A stretch of 64,000 nucleotides of DNA. Source: a bacterium (GTDB lineage Bacteria; Bacteroidota; Bacteroidia; Bacteroidales; Marinilabiliaceae). The stretch's first letter is position 1; every line of letters begins with the position of its first letter. Below the pieces are notes generated by a model. It searched no databases and was not told the DNA's origin. It worked only from the letters and a program-made list of their open reading frames with translations. The position numbers were made by a program, and so were the translations under genes. Location of the stretch: positions 2,083 through 66,082 of the forward strand of contig CAVFBA010000006.1 of the NCBI GenBank assembly GCA_963620665.1, in the 5' to 3' direction. This document shows positions 9,645-18,298 of this stretch, piece after piece.

Positions 9645-10691
9645 ATGAAGATTGGCATAACACAGGGCGACGTCAACGGCATCGGCTACGAGGTCATAAT
9701 GAAAGCCCTTCAGGACATGGAGATACTCGAGGACTTCACGCCCATCATCTATGGGTCGCCCAAGGCCGCGGCGTATCACCGTAAGGCGTTGAACGTGGCA
9801 CAATTCAGCCTTAACAACATCAACACACCCGACGAGGCGCACCCGAAGCGGATAAACATCATCTCGTGTGGCGACGACAACATCAAGGTGGAGCTGGGCA
9901 AATCGACGGAGGCGGCGGGCATGGCGGCGTTTCAGGCACTCGAGGCGGCTGTGCACGACCTGAGCGACGGGTTGATAGACGCGGTAGTGACGGCCCCTAT
10001 CAACAAGAAGAACATCCAGAGCGAGGAGTTTCACTTCCCCGGGCATACGGAGTATTTGGAGCAGGCGGCACAGGCACCGGCGTTGATGCTGCTCGTGGCG
10101 GGCAAACTGCGTGTAGGCGTGGTGGCGGGTCATGTGCCGATCTGCCAAGTGGCGCAATATATCACAGAGGACAAGATATTGAGCAAGTTGCGCATACTGA
10201 ACCGCTCGCTGCGTCAAGACTTCAACATAGACGGCCCACGCATTGCGGTGTTGGGGCTGAACCCTCACTCGGGCGACCATGGGTTGCTGGGTCAGGAGGA
10301 GGAGACGATCATCGGGCCTGCGATAGAGAAGGCTCAGGCGGAGGGTATATGCGCCATGGGCCCGTATCCTGCCGACGGGTTGTTCGGGTCGTCGGCGTTG
10401 GGCAAGTTTGACGCTATATTGGCGATGTACCATGACCAGGGGCTCGCGCCGTTCAAGGCGTTGGCGTTCACGTCGGGCGTCAACTTCACGGCTGGGCTGC
10501 CGATAATACGGACGTCGCCGGACCATGGCACGGCGTATGACATAGCGGGGCTTGACAAGGCGGACCCGACGTCTATGCGCGAGGCGATATATTTGGCTAT
10601 GGATATTGTGCGCAACCGCGCGACGAACAAGGAGCTTGAGGCCAACAAGCTGACCACGAAGGTGGAGACCCGCGCGGAGCGCAACGCGTAG
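9645..10691 (+). CDS. pdxA: 4-hydroxythreonine-4-phosphate dehydrogenase
   Basis: MKIGITQGDVNGIGYEV ... FPGHTEYL ... GLNPHSGDHG ... MYHDQGL ... IRTSPDHGTAYDIAG are the PdxA signatures. Confidence 0.9.
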   Translation: MKIGITQGDVNGIGYEVIMKALQDMEILEDFTPIIYGSPKAAAYHRKALNVAQFSLNNINTPDEAHPKRINIISCGDDNIKVELGKSTEAAGMAAFQALEAAVHDLSDGLIDAVVTAPINKKNIQSEEFHFPGHTEYLEQAAQAPALMLLVAGKLRVGVVAGHVPICQVAQYITEDKILSKLRILNRSLRQDFNIDGPRIAVLGLNPHSGDHGLLGQEEETIIGPAIEKAQAEGICAMGPYPADGLFGSSALGKFDAILAMYHDQGLAPFKALAFTSGVNFTAGLPIIRTSPDHGTAYDIAGLDKADPTSMREAIYLAMDIVRNRATNKELEANKLTTKVETRAERNA

Positions 10692-10694
10692 GGG

Positions 10695-11645
10695 ATGGGT
10701 GTGGTAGGTCGCTTCGCGCCGTCGCCGAGCGGGCGTATGCACCTTGGTAACATATTTGCGGCATTGATGAGCTACGCCTCCGCCAAATCGAGGGGGGGGG
10801 CGTGGCTTGTGCGTATAGAGGATTTGGATCGTCAGCGATGCAAGGGGGAGTATGCGGAGCAGATAGTGGACGATTTGTTGTGGCTGGGGTTGAGGCCTGA
10901 CGAGGGTGCGGGGGCGGAGAGTGAGGGGGCGCATGGGCCGTATTACCAGAGTCGGCGCGACGGGATATATGAGCGTGAGTTTGCGCGGTTGAGGGAGCTG
11001 GGACTTGTGTATGAGTGTTTTTGCCGGAGGCAGGATTTGACTGCCGCCTCGGCACCGCACGCGTCGGATGGGCACACGATATACGCGCGGACGTGCCTGG
11101 GGCTGTCGGAGTTGGAAAAGGAGGTGATGCGCGGGCGGAGGAGCCCGGCGTGGAGGATGTATCTGCCCGACGAGATGAGCTGTTTCTGCGACGGGCATTA
11201 TGGGGAGCAGAGCGCGAATTTGGCGCGGGACCGTGGTGACTTCATTGTGCGGCGGGGTGATGGTAATTTCGCATATCAGCTGGCGGTGGTGGTGGACGAC
11301 GCGTTGATGGGGGTGACGGAGGTGGTGAGGGGGAGGGACTTGATGTCGGCGAGCCATGAGCAGGGTTATTTGTTGCGCGCGTTGGGGTATGACGTGCCGC
11401 GTTATGCGCATTTCCCGTTGCTGTTGTCGCCAGACGGGGCGCGGTTGAGCAAGAGGGACAGGTCGTTGGCGATGGACGTCATCCGGAAGAAGTTGCGGCC
11501 AGAGGAGCTTGTGGGGCTTATGGCGTGGGCGGTGAAGATGGAGGGGCGTTGGCGGCCGATGAGCGTGGGGGAGTTTGTGGAGAGGTTTCGTTGGGAAGAT
11601 ATACCCAAGGGTGATATCACGATAGACGCGTCGAGTTTGTTTTAG
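10695..11645 (+). CDS. gluQ: tRNA glutamyl-Q(34) synthetase (GluQRS)
   Basis: GRFAPSPSGRMHLGN (HIGH-type motif), truncated GluRS catalytic domain, LSKRD (KMSKS-like), about 316 aa without an anticodon-binding domain. Confidence 0.85.
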   Translation: MGVVGRFAPSPSGRMHLGNIFAALMSYASAKSRGGAWLVRIEDLDRQRCKGEYAEQIVDDLLWLGLRPDEGAGAESEGAHGPYYQSRRDGIYEREFARLRELGLVYECFCRRQDLTAASAPHASDGHTIYARTCLGLSELEKEVMRGRRSPAWRMYLPDEMSCFCDGHYGEQSANLARDRGDFIVRRGDGNFAYQLAVVVDDALMGVTEVVRGRDLMSASHEQGYLLRALGYDVPRYAHFPLLLSPDGARLSKRDRSLAMDVIRKKLRPEELVGLMAWAVKMEGRWRPMSVGEFVERFRWEDIPKGDITIDASSLF

Positions 11646-11653
11646 AGAATATT

Positions 11654-11683
11654 AAAGGGCGGCCACCGGAGTGACTGCCCTTC
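11654..11683. terminator. Hairpin between the convergent gluQ and membrane-protein genes
   Basis: aaagggcgg ... ctgcccttc gives an 8-9 bp stem with one G-T pair. The T-tract is weak. Confidence 0.35.
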
Positions 11684-11707
11684 GTTGTGTGTTAATATTC
11701 AGGGAGA

Positions 11708-12643
11708 TCAGTTTTTATTGAGGAATAGCCCCGGGATGCTTGAGGCGAGGATGGCGTAGGCGCTGCCGAGCGCGACTTGTACGGGGAATGTCCATATATC
11801 GGCCGCCGGGATGAGGAGTGAGAGTAGCGCGACGGAGAGCGCGGGGGCGTAGGTTTTGCGGAATATGGCGAACATCAGCACCATTGCGATGAGGGTGAGC
11901 AGCCCCGCCCAGAAGAGGTTGAAGCCGAGGGATTGGCATATCACGGTGAACGCGGCTCCAGCTCCTGCGCCATAGAGGAGCATGAAGAGGACTTGCCAGG
12001 GGCGGTTGCGGAAGCCGCTTGCGCCGTGGGAGAACTCGAGGAGCGTCACGATGACCGGGGGTGCGACGAGATATATCCAGCTTGTGAGCCATCCTGCGGC
12101 GCATAGGGGGATGGTGCATAGGAAGAGGATGCCCATGCGCCGGAATCCCACGACCTCGTTTTTCTCGGCACGCGGCTTGACCATTGGGACGCGGAAGGAG
12201 CGCACGCGTGATAGCTCGAGGAGCCATTGCACGAGGAGGACGATGAAGACCATCAGGGCCACGACAAGGACGTAGCGCCAGTCGGCTATGCGGAGGATGA
12301 CGGGGAGGAGCGCGGCGCCGAGGGCTGGGGGCAGCTGTGCGCGGAGCGAGACGAGCATCAGGCCGGAGACGAGCAGCGTGGCGGGGACGGTGAGCCAGAC
12401 ACCGAACGAGCCGAGATAGAGCTGCGCGGCGACACCTATGGCGGAGGCTAAGGACATGACGAACAGGCACATGAGCTTGCTGACGTGCCATACGTTTTTG
12501 TCCAAGACCAGCAGGCCAATGCAGAGTGCGCCAAGTTCGGGGAAGAGGATGAGTTCGTTGGCCGACGCTTGCCAAGCGACAAGCATCAGCACGACGACTA
12601 TTATGGCGGTCAGTTCCCTGATATAATTTCCTTTAGAGCTCAT
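11708..12643 (-). CDS. Polytopic inner-membrane protein (possibly HPP family)
   Basis: 311 aa with about 9 hydrophobic segments and recurring (A/L)PxALGAALLP-like motifs. The overlapping 286-aa ORF in another frame is R/P/H-rich and rejected. Confidence 0.55.
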   Translation of the reverse strand: MSSKGNYIRELTAIIVVVLMLVAWQASANELILFPELGALCIGLLVLDKNVWHVSKLMCLFVMSLASAIGVAAQLYLGSFGVWLTVPATLLVSGLMLVSLRAQLPPALGAALLPVILRIADWRYVLVVALMVFIVLLVQWLLELSRVRSFRVPMVKPRAEKNEVVGFRRMGILFLCTIPLCAAGWLTSWIYLVAPPVIVTLLEFSHGASGFRNRPWQVLFMLLYGAGAGAAFTVICQSLGFNLFWAGLLTLIAMVLMFAIFRKTYAPALSVALLSLLIPAADIWTFPVQVALGSAYAILASSIPGLFLNKN

Positions 12644-12691
12644 AGCTGAATAGGGTTTAAGTGGGGCGGGGGGGGGTGCGCGGGGAGGGGC

Positions 12692-12955
12692 GCGGTTAGT
12701 GGGAGACGATGTCTATGAGCCTTTGTTTGAGCTCGTTGATGTCGGTTACTACGGGATGCGGTTAGTGGGAGACGATGTCTATGAGCCTTTGTTTGAGCTC
12801 GTTGATGTCGGTTACTACGGGATGCGGTTAGTGGGAGACGATGTCTATGAGCCTTTGTTTGAGCTCGTTGATGTCGGTTACTACGGGATGCGGTTAGTGG
12901 GAGACGATGTCTATGAGCCTTTGTTTGAGCTCGTTGATGTCGGTTACTACGGGAT
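12692..12955. repeat. Perfect 4 x 66-bp tandem repeat covering the thrH 3' end, its stop codon and 6 nt downstream
   Basis: The unit gcggttagtgggagacgatgtctatgagcctttgtttgagctcgttgatgtcggttactacgggat recurs with tta (the stop, reverse strand) at 12696, 12762, 12828 and 12894. Confidence 0.95.
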
Positions 12956-13499
12956 ATTGTGGGTAGTCGGCCTTGACGTTGTCGGGTGGGCAGAAGAGGA
13001 TGCCCTTGTCGGCGGCCTGGAGCATAGTGACGTCGTTGTAGGAGTCGCCGAATGCTACGACATTGTATTTGAGGCTTTTGAAGGCTTCGACGGTTTTGCG
13101 TTTGGGGTCGGGCTGTCGGAGTTTGTAGTTGGTGATGCGTCCGTTTTGGTCGGTTTCGAGGCTGTGGCAGAGGAGGAAGGGGTTTTCGAGTTTATCCATG
13201 AGTGGTTGCGCGAACTCGACGAAGGTGTCGCTGACGATGGCGAAGCGTGCGAGTTTGCGTATTTCGCGTACGAACTCGAGCGCACCGGGGAGGGGGTCGA
13301 GCGTGCCTATGACATCTTGGATGTCGTGGAGTGTGAGGTGATGCTCGTCGAGGATGCGGAGACGCATCTTCATGAGTTCGTCGTAGTCTTTAATGTCCCT
13401 GGTGGTGAGTTTAAGTTCCTCGATACCAGTCTTTTTCGCCACATTGACCCATATCTCTGGCACGAATACGCCCTCGAGGTCAGCGCAAATAATCCACAT
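12894..13499 (-). CDS. thrH: Bifunctional phosphoserine phosphatase / homoserine phosphotransferase ThrH
   Basis: Near-collinear with the Pseudomonas ThrH sequence I recall (DLEGV.VPEIW ... TTRDI.DYD.LM..RLRILDEH ... SDTF.EF.QPLM ... LRQ.DPKR ... GDSYND..ML). HAD DxD motif at the N-terminus. Confidence 0.85.
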   Translation of the reverse strand: MWIICADLEGVFVPEIWVNVAKKTGIEELKLTTRDIKDYDELMKMRLRILDEHHLTLHDIQDVIGTLDPLPGALEFVREIRKLARFAIVSDTFVEFAQPLMDKLENPFLLCHSLETDQNGRITNYKLRQPDPKRKTVEAFKSLKYNVVAFGDSYNDVTMLQAADKGILFCPPDNVKADYPQYPVVTDINELKQRLIDIVSH

Positions 13500-13527
13500 T
13501 TTTTTTATAATTATCGTGTTGTGGGGA

Positions 13528-13535
13528 CAAATATA
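13528..13535 (-). promoter_or_regulatory. -7 promoter box TATATTTG for thrH
   Basis: Reverse complement of caaatata, 29 nt upstream of ATG 13499. Confidence 0.5.
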
Positions 13536-13695
13536 GGGTTTTTCGTCGGATAGTCAAGTGTGGAGGTGGGGGTGAGTGTGGAGAAAAGTGGGTCATGGGG
13601 TGGGAGGAATTGTTAAAATTGGGTATGGTTGTGGTTTGTAAGTATGTGTGAGATAGCGATTTGATGAGTATTTTTTTCTTGAAAATCGGGGTTTG

Positions 13696-13739
13696 ATGCT
13701 TCTGTGATGCTTCAAGTATGCTTCATTTATGCACCTTTG
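13696..13739 (+). repeat. Four tandem 11-bp units carrying ATGCTTC / ATGCACC
   Basis: Units are atgcttctgtg, atgcttcaagt, atgcttcattt and atgcacctttg. Heptamer starts at 13696, 13707, 13718 and 13729. Confidence 0.85.
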
Positions 13740-13829
13740 AATAATGTTTGTAGGAGTTTGGTAGGAGTTAGGGAAGAGGGTGAGGGGAGAATGTGTGGGG
13801 GAGGGGTTGTTTTTTGCGGGTTTTTAGCG

Positions 13830-13837
13830 TAGCTTTG
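13830..13837 (+). promoter_or_regulatory. -7 promoter box TAGCTTTG for the DUF4290-murA operon
   Basis: Exact TAnnTTTG match, 39 nt upstream of ATG 13876. Confidence 0.5.
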
Positions 13838-13875
13838 CGCATTTAGTGTGCGTTAAGCAGAATAACACAAAGATA

Positions 13876-14619
13876 ATGGATTATAATACCTCACGCGAGA
13901 GGCTTCCGATGCCCGAGTATGGGCGCAACATACAGCAGATGGTGGATTATGCTCTGACGATTGAGGATCGCGACGAGCGTACGAACTGCGCGGCAACGAT
14001 AGCGAATGTCATTTTGATACTGTTCCCACAGTTGAAGAACGATGCTAATTATGTTCAGAAGGTGTGGGACGGCATAGCGATGATGGCGAATTATCGTCTT
14101 GACGTGGACTCGCCATATCCGTTGCCGCAGCGTCAGGAGGCGACAGTGGCGCCGCAGAATCATATACCGTACCCTATGACGAGGATACGTTTGCGGTCGT
14201 ATGGCATCATGGTGCAGAACATGTTGCGGTCGGCGGTCAATGCGGATAGCGAGGAGGAGCGGATGGCGACAACGGCGCTTACGGCCCTTTATATGAAGCG
14301 GCTTATATTGCAGAACGGCAAGGACAGCAATGTGGAGATGCGCGTGGCTAATGACATAGCGGATCTTACTGATGGCCAGCTTAATTATTCGTTCGAGGAG
14401 CTAATGGACTCGTTGCCAGACGACCAGACTTTGTATCCACGTCAGCAATGGGGCGACAGGCATCAGCAGCCGGAGCGGTTCCCACAGAATGACGGTCGGT
14501 ATCAGCAGGGAGGGGGTAAGCAGCGTCATTTCCACTTCAATCAGAACCGTCAGGGTGGCGGTGGGAAGCAGCAGGGCGGGGGTAATTTCCGTTTCAATCG
14601 TAACAAGAAGAGATATTAA
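13876..14619 (+). CDS. DUF4290 domain protein with a Gln/Gly/Arg-rich C-terminal tail
   Basis: MDYNTSRERLPMPEYGRNIQQMVDYA... is the conserved DUF4290 N-terminus, and it sits immediately upstream of murA as in other Bacteroidota. The track start at 13846 is GTG upstream of the promoter-proximal ATG. Confidence 0.75.
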   Translation: MDYNTSRERLPMPEYGRNIQQMVDYALTIEDRDERTNCAATIANVILILFPQLKNDANYVQKVWDGIAMMANYRLDVDSPYPLPQRQEATVAPQNHIPYPMTRIRLRSYGIMVQNMLRSAVNADSEEERMATTALTALYMKRLILQNGKDSNVEMRVANDIADLTDGQLNYSFEELMDSLPDDQTLYPRQQWGDRHQQPERFPQNDGRYQQGGGKQRHFHFNQNRQGGGGKQQGGGNFRFNRNKKRY

Positions 14620-14636
14620 CGGCGCCACACTGCACT

Positions 14637-15944
14637 ATGAGCGGTACATTCATCATTGAGGGCGGTCGCCCGCTTAACGGCACGATAACGCCCCAGGGGG
14701 CTAAGAATGAGGCGTTGCAGGTGCTATGCGCCACGCTCTTGACTAAGGAGGAGGTTGTGATAGACAACATTCCGGACATACTGGACGTGAACAACCTGAT
14801 AGACCTGCTTGGTTGCATGGGTGTCAAGGTGTGGCGCGAGGGACGTCATAAGTGCCATTTCCAGGCGGAGAACGTGGATATGGACTATCTGCAGTCGGAC
14901 GATTTCAAGCGTCGGGCGTCGTCGTTGCGGGGGTCGATCATGATAGTGGGGCCGTTGTTGGCGCGGTTTGGGAGGGCCTACTTCCCGAAGCCTGGGGGGG
15001 ATAAGATAGGTCGGCGTAGACTTGACACGCATTTCTATGGTTTTTCGAGGCTTGGGGCTAAGTTCGACTTTGACTTTGGCCAGTTCTTCTACTCGGTGTC
15101 GGCGGAGAATCTGCATGGGGAGTATATATTGCTGGATGAGGCGTCGGTGACTGGCACAGCCAATACGCTTATGGCGGCGGTGATGGCTAAGGGTACGACG
15201 ACAATCTATAATGCGGCGTGCGAGCCATATTTGCAGCAGTTGTGCAAGATGTTGGTGTCGATGGGAGCGAAGATATCGGGTATAGGGTCGAACCTGTTGA
15301 CTATAACCGGGGTGGAGTCGTTGGGTGGTTGCTGTCATAGTGTGTGGCCAGACATGATAGAGGTGGGGTCGTTCATTGGTATGGCCGCGATGACTGCCGG
15401 GGATGTCACGATACGCAATGCGGGGGTTGAGCAGTTGGGGATTATACCGCTTGCGTTCCGGCGTATGGGTATTGAGATGGAGATCAATGGTGACGACATA
15501 CGCATACCGTCGCAGAAGCATTATACTATCGACTCGTTTATTGACGGGTCGATTATGACCGTCGCGGACGCTCCTTGGCCGGGTTTGACACCGGATTTGC
15601 TTAGTGTGTTCTTGGTTGTGGCGACTCAGGCGCGAGGGAGTGTGCTGATACATCAGAAGATGTTTGAGAGTCGGTTGTTCTTCGTGGATAAGCTCATTGA
15701 TATGGGGGCGAAGATCATATTGTGCGATCCTCACCGTGCCACCGTCATAGGGCTTGACCGCGAGACGCAGTTGCGTGGGACGACTATGACATCGCCCGAT
15801 ATTCGTGCGGGTGTCGCCTTGCTCATTGCGGCGTTGTCGGCACAGGGGACGAGCACTATACATAATATCGAGCAGATAGACCGCGGGTATCAGTATATAG
15901 ACAAGCGTCTGACAGACCTTGGCGCGGTAATATCTCGTCTGTAA
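14637..15944 (+). CDS. murA: UDP-N-acetylglucosamine 1-carboxyvinyltransferase
   Basis: FIIEGGRPLNGTITPQGAKNEAL ... KPGGDKIGRRRLDTH ... full-length (435 aa) EPSP/MurA fold signatures. Confidence 0.95.
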   Translation: MSGTFIIEGGRPLNGTITPQGAKNEALQVLCATLLTKEEVVIDNIPDILDVNNLIDLLGCMGVKVWREGRHKCHFQAENVDMDYLQSDDFKRRASSLRGSIMIVGPLLARFGRAYFPKPGGDKIGRRRLDTHFYGFSRLGAKFDFDFGQFFYSVSAENLHGEYILLDEASVTGTANTLMAAVMAKGTTTIYNAACEPYLQQLCKMLVSMGAKISGIGSNLLTITGVESLGGCCHSVWPDMIEVGSFIGMAAMTAGDVTIRNAGVEQLGIIPLAFRRMGIEMEINGDDIRIPSQKHYTIDSFIDGSIMTVADAPWPGLTPDLLSVFLVVATQARGSVLIHQKMFESRLFFVDKLIDMGAKIILCDPHRATVIGLDRETQLRGTTMTSPDIRAGVALLIAALSAQGTSTIHNIEQIDRGYQYIDKRLTDLGAVISRL

Positions 15945-15956
15945 AACAGCTTAACT

Positions 15957-17513
15957 ATGAGCCATATAGCCAAATACGCCATAGAGGCCGCAGCGTTCAT
16001 GTTTCTTGTGCTGACGGTAGTGCCGGCCATGGGGCAGAAGTATGACAAGAAGGCGGACGAATACTTTGAGCATCACTGTTTCGAGAAGGCTACGGAGCGG
16101 TATCTCAAGGTGTTCCAGTCTAACCCGTCGAACAAGGCTAATCCTAAGCTGCTGCGTCGTATAACGGAGTCGATACTCAACTCGGAGATGGTGCGCGACA
16201 CGGCACGTTACTTTGCCGACCTGTATCTTCAGTTTGAGCCAGAGGATGCAGAGGCTTACTTCCTGGCTGCTGAGGCGCACTATCATGCCCACGACTTTGA
16301 CATAGCGTTGCAACGACTTGACTCGTTCATGGTGCGTGCCACGAGTGAGCAGGATATTATTGACGCTGATTTGCTTAACTCGTGGATTCGCAATGCTAAG
16401 CGGATGCTACGTGACACGTTGCGCAACCCGATCATCAACCTTGGCGATGTCATAAACACACGTAATAACGAGATTAACCCATACATCGTCAATGATGGTC
16501 ACAGCCTGGTGTTCTCGTGCGACAGCAAGTATGACCGTGAGGCTGGTATAACGGTGTTCAACATCATGTATGCCGACCAAACGGCGTTGTCGTGGAGCCC
16601 GGCCAAGAAGGTGTCGGGCATCAATACCCTTGCCGACGAGTATCCCACGGGTCCCGCACCTGATGGGTTCTTCTACTGCTCTAATAACTCGGGGTCGGAG
16701 TTCAGTCTCAACTATACTCAGTACACCACGGGGGGCAGGTGTAGTAATTCGCAGAAGATGTCTAAGCCCATCAATATGCCTGGCAGTGAGGTGGCCGGGT
16801 GCCTCTCGCCATCGGGCGACACGCTCTACTTCTCGGCCACTAACGGTTATGGCGACCTCGACATATACTACTCCATTCGCTCGTATAATGGCCAATGGAT
16901 GACCCCGCGCCCTATACCTGGGCTCGTCAATCAAGAGGGGTTCAATGAGAATTACCCGTACGTGGCAAATGACGGCACTCGACTGTATTTCGCCTCGAAC
17001 CGTGAGGGTACTATGGGTGGCTACGACATATACTACTCCGACTTTGACTTCCGCAAGTATGAGTGGAGCAAGCCCGTGCAATTGCCGTATCCCATAAACG
17101 ACACGTATGACAATATGACCATCTCGTTCTCTCCCGACAACCGTTACGCATACGTCTCGTTGTTCCGTGGCGACAGTATGGGAGGGCGAGACATATATGC
17201 TATACTATTCGACCATGTTCTCCCGTCGTCGGCCATAGTCAAGTATAAGGTCGATGTGCGTAATGCGAAGCGTAAGTCGGTGAAGATAAGTTCACAGCCC
17301 CGTATTGAGATCCGCAACGACTATGGCGACTTGGTGGCCATAGAGCGTATCAATATGCGTACCAACTCGTTTGTAGTGGTGCTCGACCCTGGCACGTACA
17401 TCATGACTATCGACCTCGAAGGTACTAAGCACTACGAGGAGACGATAGTCGTGGCTGAGCGCTCGTATGACGCAGTACCTACCGAAAAGTCTATAACCCT
17501 TGATGCCCTCTAA
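15957..17513 (+). CDS. TPR plus PD40 (TolB-like WD40) repeat protein
   Basis: Signal peptide, N-terminal TPR-like helices, repeated PD40 motifs (NEINPYIVNDGHSLVFS; GCLSPSGDTLYFS; NENYPYVANDGTRLYFASNR; GGYDIYYS) and a C-terminal beta-sandwich. No OmpA domain. Confidence 0.7.
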   Translation: MSHIAKYAIEAAAFMFLVLTVVPAMGQKYDKKADEYFEHHCFEKATERYLKVFQSNPSNKANPKLLRRITESILNSEMVRDTARYFADLYLQFEPEDAEAYFLAAEAHYHAHDFDIALQRLDSFMVRATSEQDIIDADLLNSWIRNAKRMLRDTLRNPIINLGDVINTRNNEINPYIVNDGHSLVFSCDSKYDREAGITVFNIMYADQTALSWSPAKKVSGINTLADEYPTGPAPDGFFYCSNNSGSEFSLNYTQYTTGGRCSNSQKMSKPINMPGSEVAGCLSPSGDTLYFSATNGYGDLDIYYSIRSYNGQWMTPRPIPGLVNQEGFNENYPYVANDGTRLYFASNREGTMGGYDIYYSDFDFRKYEWSKPVQLPYPINDTYDNMTISFSPDNRYAYVSLFRGDSMGGRDIYAILFDHVLPSSAIVKYKVDVRNAKRKSVKISSQPRIEIRNDYGDLVAIERINMRTNSFVVVLDPGTYIMTIDLEGTKHYEETIVVAERSYDAVPTEKSITLDAL

Positions 17514-17515
17514 CC

Positions 17516-18298
17516 ATGAACATCAACCTCACTCGCCCCATAGTATTCTTCGACCTCGAGACGACAGGTCTCAATATTGGTCGTGACCATATCGTAGAGA
17601 TATCGCTCGTGAAGCTCTTTCCCGACGGGTCTCGTGAAGAGTATACCCAGCGAGTCAACCCTGGTATGCCTATTCCGCCAGAGTCGACGGCTGTGCATGG
17701 CATATCGGACGCTGATGTGGCAGATAAGCCACGTTTCAAGGATATTGCCCATGATATAGCTAAGCGTATAGAGGGGTGCGACCTTGGCGGGTTCAATAGC
17801 AACAAGTTCGATATTCCCATGCTCGCCGAGGAGTTTCTCAACGCTGGCATGACGGATGTCGACCTGCGGCGCTCCAACTTCATCGATGTGCAGGTTATCT
17901 TCCACAAGAAGGAGCAGCGCACGCTGTCAGCCGCCTACAAGTTCTACTGTGATAAGGATCTTGAGGGTGCCCATAGCGCGAATGCCGATACCGAGGCTAC
18001 GGTCGACGTGTTCCTTGCACAACTCGAGCGTTATGGTGACTTGCCTAAAGATGTCAGGCAGCTTGCCGAGTTCTCCCGTGTGTCTAATAACGTCGATTTT
18101 GCTGGTCGCTTCGTCTATGATGAGAGGGGGGGAGAGGTATTCAACTTCGGCAAGTATAAAGGTAGAAGCGTAGAGCAAGTGTTACGCACTGACCCAAGCT
18201 ACTTCGACTGGATGATGAATGGCGACTTCCCGCAAGACACAAAACGTGTCCTGACTACTATACGCCTGCGCATGAACGGTCAGAACATACGCCGATGA
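17516..18298 (+). CDS. DEDDh 3'-5' exonuclease (DnaQ/epsilon-like domain)
   Basis: Exo I (FFDLETTG), Exo II (GFNSNKFDIPML) and Exo III (HSANADTEAT) motifs. Confidence 0.8.
   Translation: MNINLTRPIVFFDLETTGLNIGRDHIVEISLVKLFPDGSREEYTQRVNPGMPIPPESTAVHGISDADVADKPRFKDIAHDIAKRIEGCDLGGFNSNKFDIPMLAEEFLNAGMTDVDLRRSNFIDVQVIFHKKEQRTLSAAYKFYCDKDLEGAHSANADTEATVDVFLAQLERYGDLPKDVRQLAEFSRVSNNVDFAGRFVYDERGGEVFNFGKYKGRSVEQVLRTDPSYFDWMMNGDFPQDTKRVLTTIRLRMNGQNIRR

Noticed and set aside
9636-11411. Very long antisense 'shadow' ORFs: 9636-11411 (-, 591 aa), 25650-27449 (+, 599 aa), 29898-31907 (+, 669 aa), 39680-41623 (+, 647 aa), 46556-48691 (-, 711 aa), 24063-25211 (+), 14724-15863 (-), 34354-35559 (+), 53898-54875 (-), 5120-6019 (+), 6607-7401 (+).
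   Set aside because: Each lies opposite, or out of frame to, a gene with clear family signatures. Their translations are low-complexity (R/H/P/L/T-rich or V/G/E-rich) with no recognisable motifs. They are explained by the skew: an A+C-rich strand is depleted in T and G, so TAA/TAG/TGA stops are rare.
12692-12955. Possibility that the tandem repeats (66-bp x4; the 11-bp arrays) are CRISPR arrays.
   Set aside because: The repeats are directly contiguous with no unique spacers, and no cas genes are present.
12699-13553. 284-aa + strand ORF with a fourfold repeated peptide (GDDVYEPLFELVDVGYYGMRLV).
   Set aside because: It is the antisense reading of thrH and its 66-bp tandem repeat. The - strand product is a near-collinear ThrH homologue.
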